Source: Macrostomum lignano (taxonomy: Eukaryota). From it: a stretch of 64,000 nucleotides of DNA. The translations under genes were made by a program, and so were the position numbers. Shown here one piece after another: positions 1 through 11,830 of this stretch; positions within the stretch are counted from its first letter, which is position 1; each line of letters opens with the position of its first letter. Below the pieces are notes generated by a model that was not told the origin of the DNA, made no database searches, and saw nothing but the letters and a program-made list of their open reading frames with translations. The DNA is taken from positions 434,001 to 498,000 of the forward strand of contig NIVC01000269.1 in the NCBI GenBank assembly GCA_002269645.1, given 5' to 3'.

Positions 1-261
1 TCGCTGCTTCCGGACGCACGGAGCCCCCTGCAGCTAAGTCAAAGTCCCCTATTGTACGCGCGATCTTGCATGGTCCCGACTCTGGGATCCTAAGCCCTTT
101 TCTCCGATGAATTACTAATGACTCACCACCTACATGTACACCCAACCCATTCCTTTTTCACCCACCCTAATCTCCGTTCTTAATTTGTTCTGAATCCGCA
201 TTTTTTACCATGATCTCCGTTAGCATTTTCCATGGTGTGATGACCTCAGTTAGTTCAATTT

Positions 262-1560
262 GTGTTGTTTCGTCGTTGTGATCAAGGAACCAGCTTTTCC
301 TTCTTTGCTCGGCCAGGTTCAAGCCTTCTCGTCTCGTTGTACGCGATGGAGAGTTCTCCCGCAAATCTGTGCATTTTTTTGCAAACACTGAGTAAAGACA
401 CAGTGCCGTGCTATCGGTGCCTGTCACACCGGCAACCAGCAGCCACATCGCTGCAGCTTGCAAGTCAGCTGCGAAGCGTGAGGATCGGGCGCTGCTTGCT
501 CGAGCGCGCCAACATGCTGCTTGCTGCGGACGTACTCCGGTGAGGCGGTGCCTGTGCTCGGCCGGATTCGGGTCCGCGTGCAGACCGAGGCCGCAAGTAA
601 AGTGCTGCAGCAGCTCCTAGTCGACGGCGCCGGCTCGGATCTGACTGGTTGGCCGAGCTGCCTCTGGACTGGCGCGGCATCAAGCAGGTGCGGCAGCACT
701 CGCAACCAGAACTCCAGGCCCTGCTAGACAAGTACACGCCGAAGTTTTCGAGCCGGGTCTCGGTAAATACACAGGTCCAGCTGTTCGCCTGCAGCTGAAG
801 GCGGATGCGCGCCCGAGATTCTTCATGGGCCCGAACGTCCCACTCGCACTGAAGGAGAAAGTGGACGCTCAGCTCGAGAAGGAGATTGAGCAGGGAGTGC
901 TCAAGCCAGTGAGCAACTCCGATGAAGCGTCGCTCATCGACCCCCGTGCTGAAGACCGACGGCTTCGTCCGCATCTGCGCCGACTTCAAGCAGACGGTAA
1001 ACCTGGACGTGCAGCCCGACACTTAACCGTTGCCGAGGATCGAGGAACTTTTCGCGAAGCTGGTTGGAGGTCAGAAATTCACAAAGCTGGACCTTTCGCA
1101 AGCCTACCCACAGCTACTGCTGGACGAAACATTGCAGGAGCTGTGCACAATTAACACGTCGAAGGGCCTACTGCGCTACACCAGGCTGTCGTTTGCGGTG
1201 GCTCCAGCGGTCGGCATTTTCCAACGCCAGATGGACTGCCTCCTGCAGGGAATTCCTCACGTCACCTGTTTGTTGACGACCTGCTGGTCACTGGCGTGAA
1301 CGACCTCAGCCACCTAAATACGCTGAAACAGATGCTTCAGCGGATCCAGCAGAGCGGCCTGCTCTACGGTCTGAATAAATTTTGCTTCAGGCAGCAAAGC
1401 ATTGCTACCATGACCACCGGATCGACGCTGAAGGTCTTCACCCACTGCAAGACAAGGTGTGAGTGATCCTTGGCATTTAATGGCCACCCAGGTCGCCGCG
1501 TTCTGCCGGTGGAAGTCGCTGTTCAGTCAGGCGCCGGTACTGGCTCATTTCGACCGGCAG
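262..1560 (+). mobile_element. Decayed Ty3/Gypsy LTR-retrotransposon fragment (gag knuckle, protease, RT), frameshifted
   Basis: CYRC knuckle remnant near 410-425. Protease-like GEAVPVLGRIRVRVQ (521-727). RT-like VPLALKEKVDAQLEKEIEQGVLKPV (825 ORF) and PRIEELFAKLVGGQKFTKLDLSQAY..GIFQRQMD (1030 ORF). DDLLVTG follows in a shifted frame near 1275. No LTRs recognised. Confidence 0.85.
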
Positions 1561-1790
1561 TGAATTAGTGCATTAGTGAATTTGTGCTTTAGTGAATAAG
1601 AGAATAAGTTATTTTTTGCATTAGAGAATAACTACGAGTATATTAGTGAATTAGCGAACTAGTAAGTTAGTGCATTGGTGAATTAGTGAATAAGTGAAAT
1701 AGCAGCGAATTGGTGGAATAGTGAATTCATGAATTAGGTAAATAGTGCATTACTTTGAAAAACTAATAACAAAAGAATAACAGAACTTGC
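1561..1790. repeat. Degenerate AT-rich GTGAATTAG-type low-complexity repeat
   Basis: Recurring gtgaatt/tagtgaat words. Confidence 0.6.
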
Positions 1791-1805
1791 TGAGTTTGTT
1801 TGAAG

Positions 1806-1935
1806 ACAGATCCCCAGCTTGAAGGCAGAGATTCCCAGCTTGAAGGCAGAGATCCCCAGCTTGAAGGCAGAGATCCCCAGCTTGAAGGCACAGATCCCCA
1901 GCTTGAAGGCAGCAGAGACTGCCAGCTTGAAGGCA
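1806..1935. repeat. 21-bp minisatellite, about 6 copies
   Basis: Unit cagcttgaaggcagagatccc; explains ORFs 1800 and 1819. Confidence 0.9.
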
Positions 1936-1954
1936 GCAGCCTCAGACAGACAGA

Positions 1955-4900
1955 GCCTGTGGAAGGTGCCTCAGATGGGGCACCCGACGGCGGACTGCAG
2001 GAATCGAGCGGTTTGCCAATTGCCTGCGGACAGGGCCCTGCACACCTGTGCCAGGGGCTGAGTCCCCAGGCTGCTCAGAGTCAGGAAAACGGGTCTGCAG
2101 TGATTGAAGAAGCGTCAGGGCCAGAGTGTGCTGGAGAGAACTGGATTAGGTAATTTTGACGCGAAGTTTGAGTCTGGGCTAGGGGGCGACCCAGTCCCGG
2201 GCCCGGGCCCGAAAAGTCGGGAATCCCGACCAAAATCGTGGCCCGACCCGGGCCCGGGCCCGAACCTAAAAAAGTCGGGAAATCGGGACAAGTCTTTTTT
2301 CCCTAAAGGCACTAACCGCGTGCGAATAAGAAAAAATTATTTTTCAACACATTCACACTAATTTACCCTTAATTCCAGCCCCAGGAAAATGCAACTGCAA
2401 CTGCAAGGCATGACTGCATGAGGCATCTCTGTCTCTGGTCGGTCACTGACCTCACCTCGACCTCACGATTCGACTGCCCTGTCTATCCGACGCCGCTCTG
2501 CCCTAGTGACCTTTGGAACAACCCAATTGAGACGTCCACCTTCCTGGAGTCGACCTTCCTCGGCGGGCTGGGACCCGAGCCGTAGGTTAATACACACACA
2601 CCTCGACCTCACCTGACCTGACTGTGAGCGGTCTGTGATTCTATGAAGCTGTCGGTCACTCACTGTCACTGGTGACTGGTGTCAGTCAAGCTCAAGCCTG
2701 TCTGCCCTGCCCCGGCTGTCCGTGAAGTTCGGTGATGTCTGGTGCTGCTCCCATCCCGATTCCCGATGTCCAGTCCAGGTCCAGGCTGCCAAGTCAGAGT
2801 GCCAATGCCGACTCCCGTTCCCGTTCCGTCACCGTCCTGAGTCTTGGACAGCTGGACTCCTGTCCTGAGTCCTGACTCCCACTCGAGCTTGAGTCAAGTA
2901 ACCCACTCACTTAACTAAACAGTCAGATTCGAATTTTCGAGTGTACATGTACGACAATAAAATTACATACTGTTCAAAATTGATGATACATATCATACAA
3001 TATACATACAATATAGATATATGTATATATATATATGTAATACTGATAGACTGATAGTGATATCATATCTGATACCGATTTATTGAAATTGACATCGTAA
3101 AAGATTACTGACTTCTGAGTTTTGACTTTTTCCTTTTTTATCACTTTCGTTTCGTCTGGACTCCTGGAGTGGAGAAGAGAAGTTGAGTGGAGGCCGAGGC
3201 CCGAGGGTGGACTGGACTGGACTTTGAACTTTCTGGGCTCGTGGAGTGGAGTCGTGTCGTGTCTGAGGCGTGAGTCGTGACTTGTGACTGATTCGTGATT
3301 CGCGAGTTTTGTTTTGACCGTGACGGTGACTCGTGATTGTGTAGTGACTCGTGAGTCGTGATCGTGACTCCGTAAGTGACGGACTACAGACGGAGTGCTA
3401 AAAATCACTGCTAGGCTAGTGCTATAAGTATCGAGTAATTATTACTGTCACTTTCGTTAGAATTATACAGTGTAGTGTAGTGTACTCTAATCAATAATCA
3501 TTTCCTCGTCATCCGTCATGTCAGGTCAGTGGTCAGGACTCAGGACTCAGGATCAGGACAGCACAACACTCAGTTAAGCATCGCATCAGTAATAGTAATA
3601 GATTTAGTATATTTAGATGATATGATGTGAAGTAGCAATATCATTGATTCGTAGTAGGCTCTTAGCGTGAGCGTCTGTGACCGTGAGCGTCAGCCACAGC
3701 CAGTTTCCACTTTCCAGGAAGATCGGATTTTTTTCCAGGAAGATAAAATTAAAACATAGTTTTGCAATACTTTTTTGCAATATTGATTCCACTTTACACG
3801 CTGCAGGCTGCAGCCTAAAAGCAAAAATATGATTCTTTAAAAAGTTTATTTGTCATTTTTAAGCTTTTGTAAATAACATTTCCTATTTACATTCCAAGAA
3901 GGCTACCATTTTTCCAAGAAGTTTGCTATCTATTAGAGTTTGTAATCGTGTTCATATTTGTATCGTAGGTAGTCGTAGTCGTAGACTTGTAGTATCGTAT
4001 TCGTAATCATATTCGTTTAAGTAGGTAGGTGAGCAGGTAGGCAGGTATCAGCTAATTACTTGTATTTCCATTGTCTGTTTGCCTGTTCTGTTGAGACAGT
4101 TGAGTGTTGTGTTGTGTTGTCACTTCACTTGTGTTCTGTTCTGTTATCTTGTCTTGTTGTCTTACTGAATACTGACTGTGTACATGGCTCTTTACATTGA
4201 AGCTATGTAAAGGAACTAAAAATTCAAATAAAAGAATCAATCAATTGATTTGGTTCTTACTTCCTTACTGCTTCCAATGCCAAGTGCCTTACACTTAATG
4301 CTTCAGCTTTTCTTCTTTTGCTTACTGCCACTGCCAGTGCCAGCCGCACTGCCGCAGTGACTGCTTGCCTACCTCACTGCTTGTTAGTATCACTGTCACT
4401 GGCACACACACAGTACTTGTGCCACACACTCACACAGTGACATTGAATTTGAACTATTGAGTATATTGATATTTGAGTATTAAGTCTTTTAATGTAACTC
4501 TTATCTTATTCTGAAGTCTTAACTAATGTATTAAATAATAATAATATTTATTGTATATTTATTATATTTAAATTTAAATATTTATTATATTTAATATAAT
4601 ATATTATATTTATTATATTTATATATTATTATATATTTAATATATTTATATATTATAATATATTTAATGTTTATCATATATTTATTATACATTTAATATA
4701 TTATATTAAATTTAATATATTGATATATTTATTATATATTTAATAGTAATCCGCATATGCTAAAAGTATTAAGATTTATTATGATTTTTTTCCAATTATT
4801 GAGCTGTCCTAAAGATCTTGTCCCGAATTCCCGAGGCCCGACCCGGGCCCGAGTCCTCATTCCCGGGCCCGACCCGGGCCCGACTTTGGCCGTCCCGGTC

Positions 4901-6190
4901 GCCCCCTAGTCTGGGCTCTTAGTTGCTTGTTTTTTGGACTCATTACTCAGTAGTAGTTTCATAAAATATGCCAAAATTAGTAGTGGAATTCAGCATTGAA
5001 GCACTGATTTTTCAATTTGCATAGCGAGTGGCGAGACAATTCGAACATACTCTAAATTATTCTTTTGGTGAGTCCGATTTCGGCCACAAATTCTTTGCTA
5101 TTGAGGAAATTTTACAGCCATGGATTTCAAAGATTTTTCATTAGGTGCTGCGTGATAAATCATTTCGCTTTTCCGTTTGTGTGCTGACAGACCTCTTGTG
5201 TGCCGCATCGCGATGCGCCAGGCTGTCCGGGTGGTCCGTATGGAGAAGCTGGGGTCCCAGTGCGCCTTCAGAGGAATCAGCACGGACAACGTGAAGCCCG
5301 AGACTGAAGCCTTTCCCAGAGTCGCCGAACTGGAGAAATGAGGTTGACCAGTTGCTGGCTGAAGGCCGCATCTCCCTGTCAGTCCCCCTGGTCGAGCCCA
5401 CTGGTTCCGGTTAGAAAGTCGGATGGCAGTCTCAGAATGCGTCTGGAGATCAGGCGTCTGAACAGCGGGACCTTGCCTGACCCCCTGCCTCCGCCCCGAA
5501 TAGATGAGGCTCTTGGTGCGCTCGGTGGAAACTGCATCTTTTTCACGATGGACCTACAGTAGCATCCGGATACGAACAGTGCTCACTGGAGTCGAAAGCC
5601 CAGTTAAAAACTGCTTTCGTGGTGCCGAATCGGGAACAGTCTGTGTGGAAGTGCACGAGTTTCGGGCTCAAAAACGCCCTTCACGAGACTCATTCATGTC
5701 AATGGCATGGTCTACTTCGACAGCATAGTTGTCTTCCCTTCGACTGTGCAGCAGCACTTCGAGTGCCTTGAGCATGTTCCAATATCCCAGAAGGCCTAAC
5801 ATTCAGCTCAAGCCAGAAAAATGCGTCTTTCTGGCAGAAAGATTAGCTTCTTGGGTCACGTGATCTGCAAGGATACGACGAGCCCAGAAAAGTGTGCAAA
5901 ATCCTGACTGGCCAGGCCTTGCACTGCGGCCAAAGTCCAATAGTTTCTCGGACTGTGCGTCCTAAAAAAAGCTTTCATTCCAGATTTTTCCGAGATTTTT
6001 CACCTTTACAGACTCCTAGTGAACGATGCCGAGTTAAAATCAGCCCCAGAGCAATTGTTCAACAGTCTGAAAGCGGCTCTGTGTTCGCCAAGCGTTATTG
6101 ATTTTCCAGACTTCTGGCTAATCGCTGTTGAGTTCATTCTTGACACACATGCCAGCTCTCGAATTGGGGTCGGTGTTGTCATCGAATGAC
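1955..6190 (+). mobile_element. Second decayed Ty3/Gypsy element, interrupted by the hAT insertion at 2180-4908
   Basis: Frameshifted knuckle CGRCLRWG/HPTADC (about 1958-1997). RT PWSSPLVPVRKSDGSLRMRLEIRRLN..PLPPPRIDEALGALGG..FFTMDL (5338-5562). RNase H-like EFILDTHAS..GVGVV near 6130-6180. Confidence 0.8.
2180..4908. mobile_element. Non-autonomous hAT-superfamily DNA transposon (2729 bp)
   Basis: Perfect 12-bp TIR TAGGGGGCGACC / GGTCGCCCCCTA. Exact 8-bp TSD GTCTGGGC at 2172-2179 and 4909-4916. GGGCCCG subterminal repeats at both ends. An 8-bp TSD with a TAGGG terminus is typical of hAT. No intact transposase. Confidence 0.9.
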
Positions 6191-7116
6191 CCTTTCTCTA
6201 CTCAGTTTTGACACCGAGTTCAATGGGAATTAAAATGGAGACTGGGTGCTGATGGAGCTAGTCAGGGTGACTGGGAGGCTGATGCAGCTGATGGAGTGAA
6301 TGGAGAAATTTGGATTTGCCATTCACCACAGAAATTCTGCCGACAAATCCTGCCCATGATGAACCCCAGTTCCAGCATCCAAGATCCCCATCCTATCTTC
6401 CTACCCCGCGGATTCCAGACTGAGTTCTGCTGATCTCAGATAGTCAAATCAGATTAATATGCTCCGACCTCATACTCCAGTTTACGGCACTTTTAAGGCA
6501 GCCAGCTTCCAATCTGCATCAAAACCCTGTAAGATTTGCACTTTTTATCCGTCATCTCTGCAAAGATTTGCATTCACTTTTTCACTCGCAGCTCAGAAAT
6601 GCTTCAATGTACATGAAAATTGAGTTTTGCATGCACACTCAGTTGTGCCGTCAGTTTTAACTTCCCAAACCACTCATTTTGACTTTAATTTCCTGGCTAA
6701 AAATACCTGTGCCCATGCATATAAAACACAACGCAGTGAGTCAGTAACCCATTGAGGAAAATGCAACACAGAAGCGAGCGATGAGTCTGCAGCGGTTGAG
6801 GAGAGTTTAAGCAAACTGCATGCCATTTTTGCTGGAATTCAATTCAACAGTCAAGTCACAAGTCACTTCTAGAAAAAGAAAAACAATGAGAGAAGAGTTA
6901 AGGACCAATGTAAGTGTAATTTATTTACGTAAAATACGTATAATGTTTAATGTGCTTCTACCAGTATTCAATAAATATCAATTGAGTATACTGGAAATGA
7001 TAAACAATTGTCAGACAAAGGTCATGACATGATTAAAAATTCTATAATAAAAAAAACTCCGCTGAAAACCCGGCCTCGAATAATCCAGTCGCTGCAGAAA
7101 TACCCCAGTTCGATTC

Positions 7117-8811
7117 TTATTCGGCCTGTGAATAAAATGAGGAAGCACTGAACACCTGCAGTTTTTCTGAACAGTCAGCCACCACCAGCTGCTCTCGCGG
7201 ACCTCCCGTCACCACCGCCAGACCCCATGGACCCCTGAATCTGATGTCTCCGCTGCCGCTCTCGCCCGGAGTCCCCAGAGTCAACAGCAGCGACCCGTCG
7301 TCTGCAGCCACCGCTCGCACTGAGTGACCATCATTTTCACTCACGAACAGGCGGCCTCTGTTGTCGACGGCCACATCAATTGGACCAGCAAACTGTTGGA
7401 GGCCGGAACGCTGAGTCGGGAAGGAGGCGACCAACTGCTGGGTGTCGATGCGCACTTTGTGCACCTGATTGGGCTGACAGTCTGTCACCAGAATGCAGTT
7501 GTCGTGAGTCGCCAGGTTGCGCAGGTCAGCATCAAGAAGCTGAGACAGTGTGATGACCGTCTCCATCTGCCAAGACGCTTTGCTGAATGCAGCAATTTTG
7601 TTTCCACTGGACACAAACACGGAGGCTGCGTTGCCGCCGATTCCCATGATGTCACCGAAGCCCTCGATGTGTGGGCGGACTCGACGCACTGCGCGACCGC
7701 ACAGGTCCGTCACTGTCACTGCGTCAGACTGAGCAATGAACAGCAGCTGACGGTCGCAGTGAAGGCCACAGATGTACTTCTTCCAGTCGATGTCGCAGTG
7801 GCACCGCAGCTTCCGTAAGCCGTCCACAAACAGCACCAGTAGGTGGTCTCTGTTGAAAAGGAATGATGCAATGATGCAGGGTTGAGGCAGAGCCCTGCTG
7901 CGTTTTCCTGCTGTGTCGACGGGAACCACACGGCCTGAGCGGTTACCAACGAATCCGCTTGTGTCGCTGCACACAGCCAGCCATGCAACAAGGCCATCCA
8001 GCTTCACCTCGTGACTGAAGACCATTGGCTCTAACATTCTCTGAGCAGCGTCTATATCCTTGGATGTCGCGATCACAGCAGCGTCTTTCGACCAGTCGCC
8101 CTCTTCACTGCGTCCCGCACAAATGCCGATTAGTCGCTCGAGCTGGCCCAGAAGCCGCAGCTGCAGCTCCTCATTGTCGCTCTGGTCTCTGAGCAGGCGC
8201 TCTGACCTCTCAAAGTCGGCCTCCAAGTCTCCAAGCGATTCGTGCATGGACTGCACCAGGCGAAGCAGCTCCGCCATGTCGCCTGCAGCCTCCGCCGTGG
8301 CCACCTCCTGCTTGTAGCTGGAGACGTCCTCGAGGTCCCGCTCGCACACACGCACTGCCTCAAGCACACCTGAGAGCCGGCCCGTCACCCTGCTACGAAA
8401 CAAGTCGATGTGTTGCTGTACCAAATCGAATTTGTGATTGACCTCTTGCAGCTGCTGTTGGATGTCGAGAGCGAGACGACGCAGCGACTCAGCGTCTTGT
8501 CGGTGTCGCAGCAGCGCAGCACGGCCAGCTGCAGCTGCTGCGCCTTGTGACTTTTGTGAATCTTGTGACTCTTGTGAGTGTTGTGAGTGTTGTGAGTCTT
8601 GTGACTCTTGCGAGTAAGCGCGCAGCAGCTCTTCGACCTCCTCCTTGAGCTTGAATAGATTGGCCACATCGACACTGAGGTGTTGACTGCACATGTGGCA
8701 GCGGGAGAACGGAGCCACACCGACTGCAGCTTGGTCGCAGATGACGCAGAGAGGAGTTGGGGTAGCGGGAGGCGCTTCCGAACTCGAGCTGTCGCTGGAG
8801 CTTTTGCTCAT
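7117..8811 (-). CDS. Zn-finger (B-box-like)/coiled-coil/NHL-repeat protein, intronless CDS, 564 aa
   Basis: Long ORF. Start placed at MSKSSS (8811), just after a pyrimidine tract and ttctcag acceptor. CVICDQ..PFS..CSQH motif, then a helical region. C-terminal NHL-like repeats (GPIDVAVDNRGRLFVSENDGHSVR, FRGPWGLAV). Confidence 0.85.
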   Translation of the reverse strand: MSKSSSDSSSSEAPPATPTPLCVICDQAAVGVAPFSRCHMCSQHLSVDVANLFKLKEEVEELLRAYSQESQDSQHSQHSQESQDSQKSQGAAAAAGRAALLRHRQDAESLRRLALDIQQQLQEVNHKFDLVQQHIDLFRSRVTGRLSGVLEAVRVCERDLEDVSSYKQEVATAEAAGDMAELLRLVQSMHESLGDLEADFERSERLLRDQSDNEELQLRLLGQLERLIGICAGRSEEGDWSKDAAVIATSKDIDAAQRMLEPMVFSHEVKLDGLVAWLAVCSDTSGFVGNRSGRVVPVDTAGKRSRALPQPCIIASFLFNRDHLLVLFVDGLRKLRCHCDIDWKKYICGLHCDRQLLFIAQSDAVTVTDLCGRAVRRVRPHIEGFGDIMGIGGNAASVFVSSGNKIAAFSKASWQMETVITLSQLLDADLRNLATHDNCILVTDCQPNQVHKVRIDTQQLVASFPTQRSGLQQFAGPIDVAVDNRGRLFVSENDGHSVRAVAADDGSLLLTLGTPGESGSGDIRFRGPWGLAVVTGGPREQLVVADCSEKLQVFSASSFYSQAE

Positions 8812-9659
8812 TGTTGGATTGTCTGAGAAGAGCATAAATGCAGTTAAAATGAACGCAGTGAGAGATAGAGAAGAGAGGGAGAAGGGAGGGAGAAAAGGGA
8901 GAAGAGGCAATTAAGTCGAAGCCTTGAAGCCTCAAGCTCAAGTGAGAAATGGAGAAGAGAGGGTAGGAGGGAGAGCTGCCCAGCCCAGTGCTGCAGTGCC
9001 AGTGACTGACACACCACCACAAGTCCTGCTTGCACGAGACACCCTCATCGCACAGGCCAGTCACCCACTAAAGACCGCTCAGTGGAGACCTGGTTTGACC
9101 TTGCAATGTACCACTCAAATGAGAGAAAAATGAACTACAAACCGGCAGGTCAGAAGAGTTTTGTGCAAACTTAAAATTACTGGAAATTATTGGGATGAAA
9201 ATTAGCGAGACGAGCGCCGACTGCATGTTTATTTGTTACTATGGAGTTAATTACGATTATTAAATTAATTCATTAAGTATAAAAAATAAACGTACAAAAT
9301 AGCTTGATTTTGGGTTTAAAAATGTTTTAATATTTTGCATAAATAAAAATGCCATTAAAGCAGAAATAGATAGCAGAGTAAATTAGAGAAGCAGACAAAT
9401 GCGGTTACCATAGCAACATAACGATAATTGTAGCACAATATGGTAGCCGGAGTTGCAGAGCGGCTTCAGTGGATATAACAGTTGACAGTGCAAAATAAAA
9501 CTGATTGGAAATGCAGTGCAGAGTAAGTTAATTATCATAATTAAATTAGCATAAATTATTCCTTCGATAAACAGGAGCATGCGGGACTGCACTACTCAAC
9601 TAGCCTGAGTAGTAGAGATGAAATGAAACAGCTGAGATTGATTGAGACAGATCCAGACT

Positions 9660-9983
9660 GAGATATGGAGTGAGAGTCACACAGATTGAGAGTGAGATAT
9701 GGAGTGAGAGTCACACAGATTGAGAGTGAGATATGGAGTGAGAGTCACACAGATTGAGAGTGAGATATGGAGTGAGAGTCACACAGATTGAGAGTGAGAT
9801 ATGGAGTGAGAGTCACACAGATTGAGAGTGAGATATGGAGTGAGAGTCACACAGATTGAGAGTGAGATATGGAGTGAGAGTCACACAGATTGAGAGTGAG
9901 ATATGGAGTGAGAGTCACACAGATTGAGAGTGAGATATGGAGTGAGAGTCACACAGATTGAGTGAGATATGGAGTGAGAGTCA
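9660..9983. repeat. 34-bp minisatellite, about 9.5 near-perfect copies
   Basis: Unit agatatggagtgagagtcacacagattgagagtg, directly 3' of RRM2. Confidence 0.95.
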
Positions 9984-10061
9984 GTGAAGCAGGCAGCTCA
10001 GCCCTAACAGCAGCAGACTTCAGTCTGTGGATGCCCAGAGTCCCCCAGAGTCCCCCAGGCC

Positions 10062-11207
10062 TCAGAAGTCGGCATCCAGCTTGAACTCGCGGTCATTCTG
10101 GCCCATGACGCGGCTCATCACTCCGGCCTTCTGGTACTCGCCCACCCGCTTCTCAAAGAAGTTGGTCTTGCCCTCCAGGCTGATGTTCTCCATGAAGTCG
10201 AAGGGATTCTCAGAGTTGAAGGCCTTGGGGCAGTTCAGCTCGGTGAGCAGCCTGTCAGCCACGAACTCGATGTAGCGGCACATGGAGGCGCAGTTCATGC
10301 CGATGAGGGACACCGGCAAAGCCTCCGTCAGGAAGCTCTGCTCGATGCGCACCGCGTCACGGATGATCTCCTCGATGCGCTGACTGCTTGGCGGCCGCTG
10401 AAGGTGGCGGAACATCAGGCAGGCAAAGTCAGTGTGGAGGCCTTCGTCGCGGCTGATGAGCTCGTTGCTGAAGGTCAGGCCTGGCATGAGGCCGCGCTTC
10501 TTCAGCCAGAAGACGGCGGCGAAGCTGCCGCTGAAGAAGATGCCCTCAACGGCTGCGAAGGCCACCACGCGCTCGCCGAAGGTGGCCCGCTTGTGGGAGA
10601 TCCAGTTGAGCGCCCAGTCTGCCTTCTGGCGCACCGGCGGCAGCGTCTCGATGGCGTTGAACAGCAGGTCGCGCTGGGCCGGGTCCCGCACGTAGCTGTC
10701 AATCAGCAGCGAGTACATCTCCGAGTGGATGTTCTCAATCATGATCTGGAAGCCGTAGAAGCACCTGGCCTCCGGGATCTGCACCTCCTGGGCGAACCGC
10801 TCCACCAGGTTCTCGTTCACGATGCCGTCAGAGGCAGCAAAGAAGGCCAGCACGTACGAGACAAAGTGCCTCTCGTTGTCTGTGAGCTGCTTCCAGTCCT
10901 CCAGGTCCTTGCTGAGGTCCACCTCCTCCACTGTCCAGAAGCTGGCCACCGCCTTCTTGTACATCTGCCAGATGTCGTGGTACTGGATGGGCATGATCAC
11001 GAAGCGGTGCGGGTTCTCCTTCAGCAGCGGCTCCGAGGCCTCCGCTGCCTTCAGCTGCTGCTGCTGCAGCTCCGGCTGCTTGGCGTTGAGCTGCTTCAGC
11101 GGGCTCAGCAGCTGCTGGGAGGCGTCCTGCGCCTGCGGCGAAGGCGGCACGTTCTCGGTGGCGACTGATTCCATAGCGACTGGCTGGCGAGGAGCTGCTT
11201 GGAGCAT
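10062..11207 (-). CDS. RRM2: Ribonucleoside-diphosphate reductase small subunit (class Ia R2), intronless CDS
   Basis: [35 protein letters not shown] (radical Tyr), [29 protein letters not shown] and the C-terminal FKLDADF R1-binding tail. The first 25 aa of the ORF track are repeat-derived. The first ATG after the repeat is 11207 (alternative 11174). Confidence 0.97.
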   Translation of the reverse strand: MLQAAPRQPVAMESVATENVPPSPQAQDASQQLLSPLKQLNAKQPELQQQQLKAAEASEPLLKENPHRFVIMPIQYHDIWQMYKKAVASFWTVEEVDLSKDLEDWKQLTDNERHFVSYVLAFFAASDGIVNENLVERFAQEVQIPEARCFYGFQIMIENIHSEMYSLLIDSYVRDPAQRDLLFNAIETLPPVRQKADWALNWISHKRATFGERVVAFAAVEGIFFSGSFAAVFWLKKRGLMPGLTFSNELISRDEGLHTDFACLMFRHLQRPPSSQRIEEIIRDAVRIEQSFLTEALPVSLIGMNCASMCRYIEFVADRLLTELNCPKAFNSENPFDFMENISLEGKTNFFEKRVGEYQKAGVMSRVMGQNDREFKLDADF

Positions 11208-11248
11208 CAATGATGCGAGCCCCGGCTGCTTTGATGCTGGGCTGATTA

Positions 11249-11830
11249 CTGTGACCCATAACTGGCTTTCAGTGACCCACAACTGGCTTTCAGTGACCCA
11301 CAACTGGCTTTCAGTGACCCACAACTGGCTTTCAGTGACCTACAACTGGCTTTCAGTGACCCTAACTGGCTTTCAGTGACCCTAACTGGCTTTCAGTGAC
11401 CCACAACTGGCTTTCAGTGACCCTAACTGGCTTTCAGTGACCCTAACTGGCTTTCAGTGACCCACAACTGCCTTTCAGTGACCCACAACTGCCTTTCAGT
11501 GACTCACAACTGGCTTTCAGTGACCCACAACTGGCTTTCAGTGACCCACAACTGGCTTTCAGTGACCCACAACTGGCTTTCAGTGACCTACAACTGGCTT
11601 TCAGTGACCCCTACTGTCCTTTAGTGACCCCTAATGGCCTTCAGTGACCCCTAATGGGCTTCAGTGACCCCTAATGGCCTTTAGTGACCCCTAATGGCCT
11701 TTAGTGACCCCTAATGGCCTTTAGTGACCCCTAATGGCCTTTAGTGACCCCTAATGGCCTTTAGTGACCCCTAATGGCCTTTAGTGACCCCTAATGGGCT
11801 TCAGTGACTCCTAGTGGCTTTTTAGTGACT
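11249..11830. repeat. 21-bp minisatellite upstream of RRM2
   Basis: Unit cagtgacccacaactggcttt, grading into tagtgacccctaatggcctt. Confidence 0.95.

Noticed and set aside
10062-11207. Viral or horizontally acquired origin of intronless GC-rich RRM2
   Set aside because: It has an animal-type N-terminal extension (LSPLK) and tail, no viral neighbours, and other host CDSs here are also intronless. A phylogeny would be needed to revive the idea.
10404-11379. Long antisense ORFs over RRM2 (similar ones lie over the NHL gene and the transposase)
   Set aside because: Expected shadow of GC-rich codon usage; no independent protein motifs.
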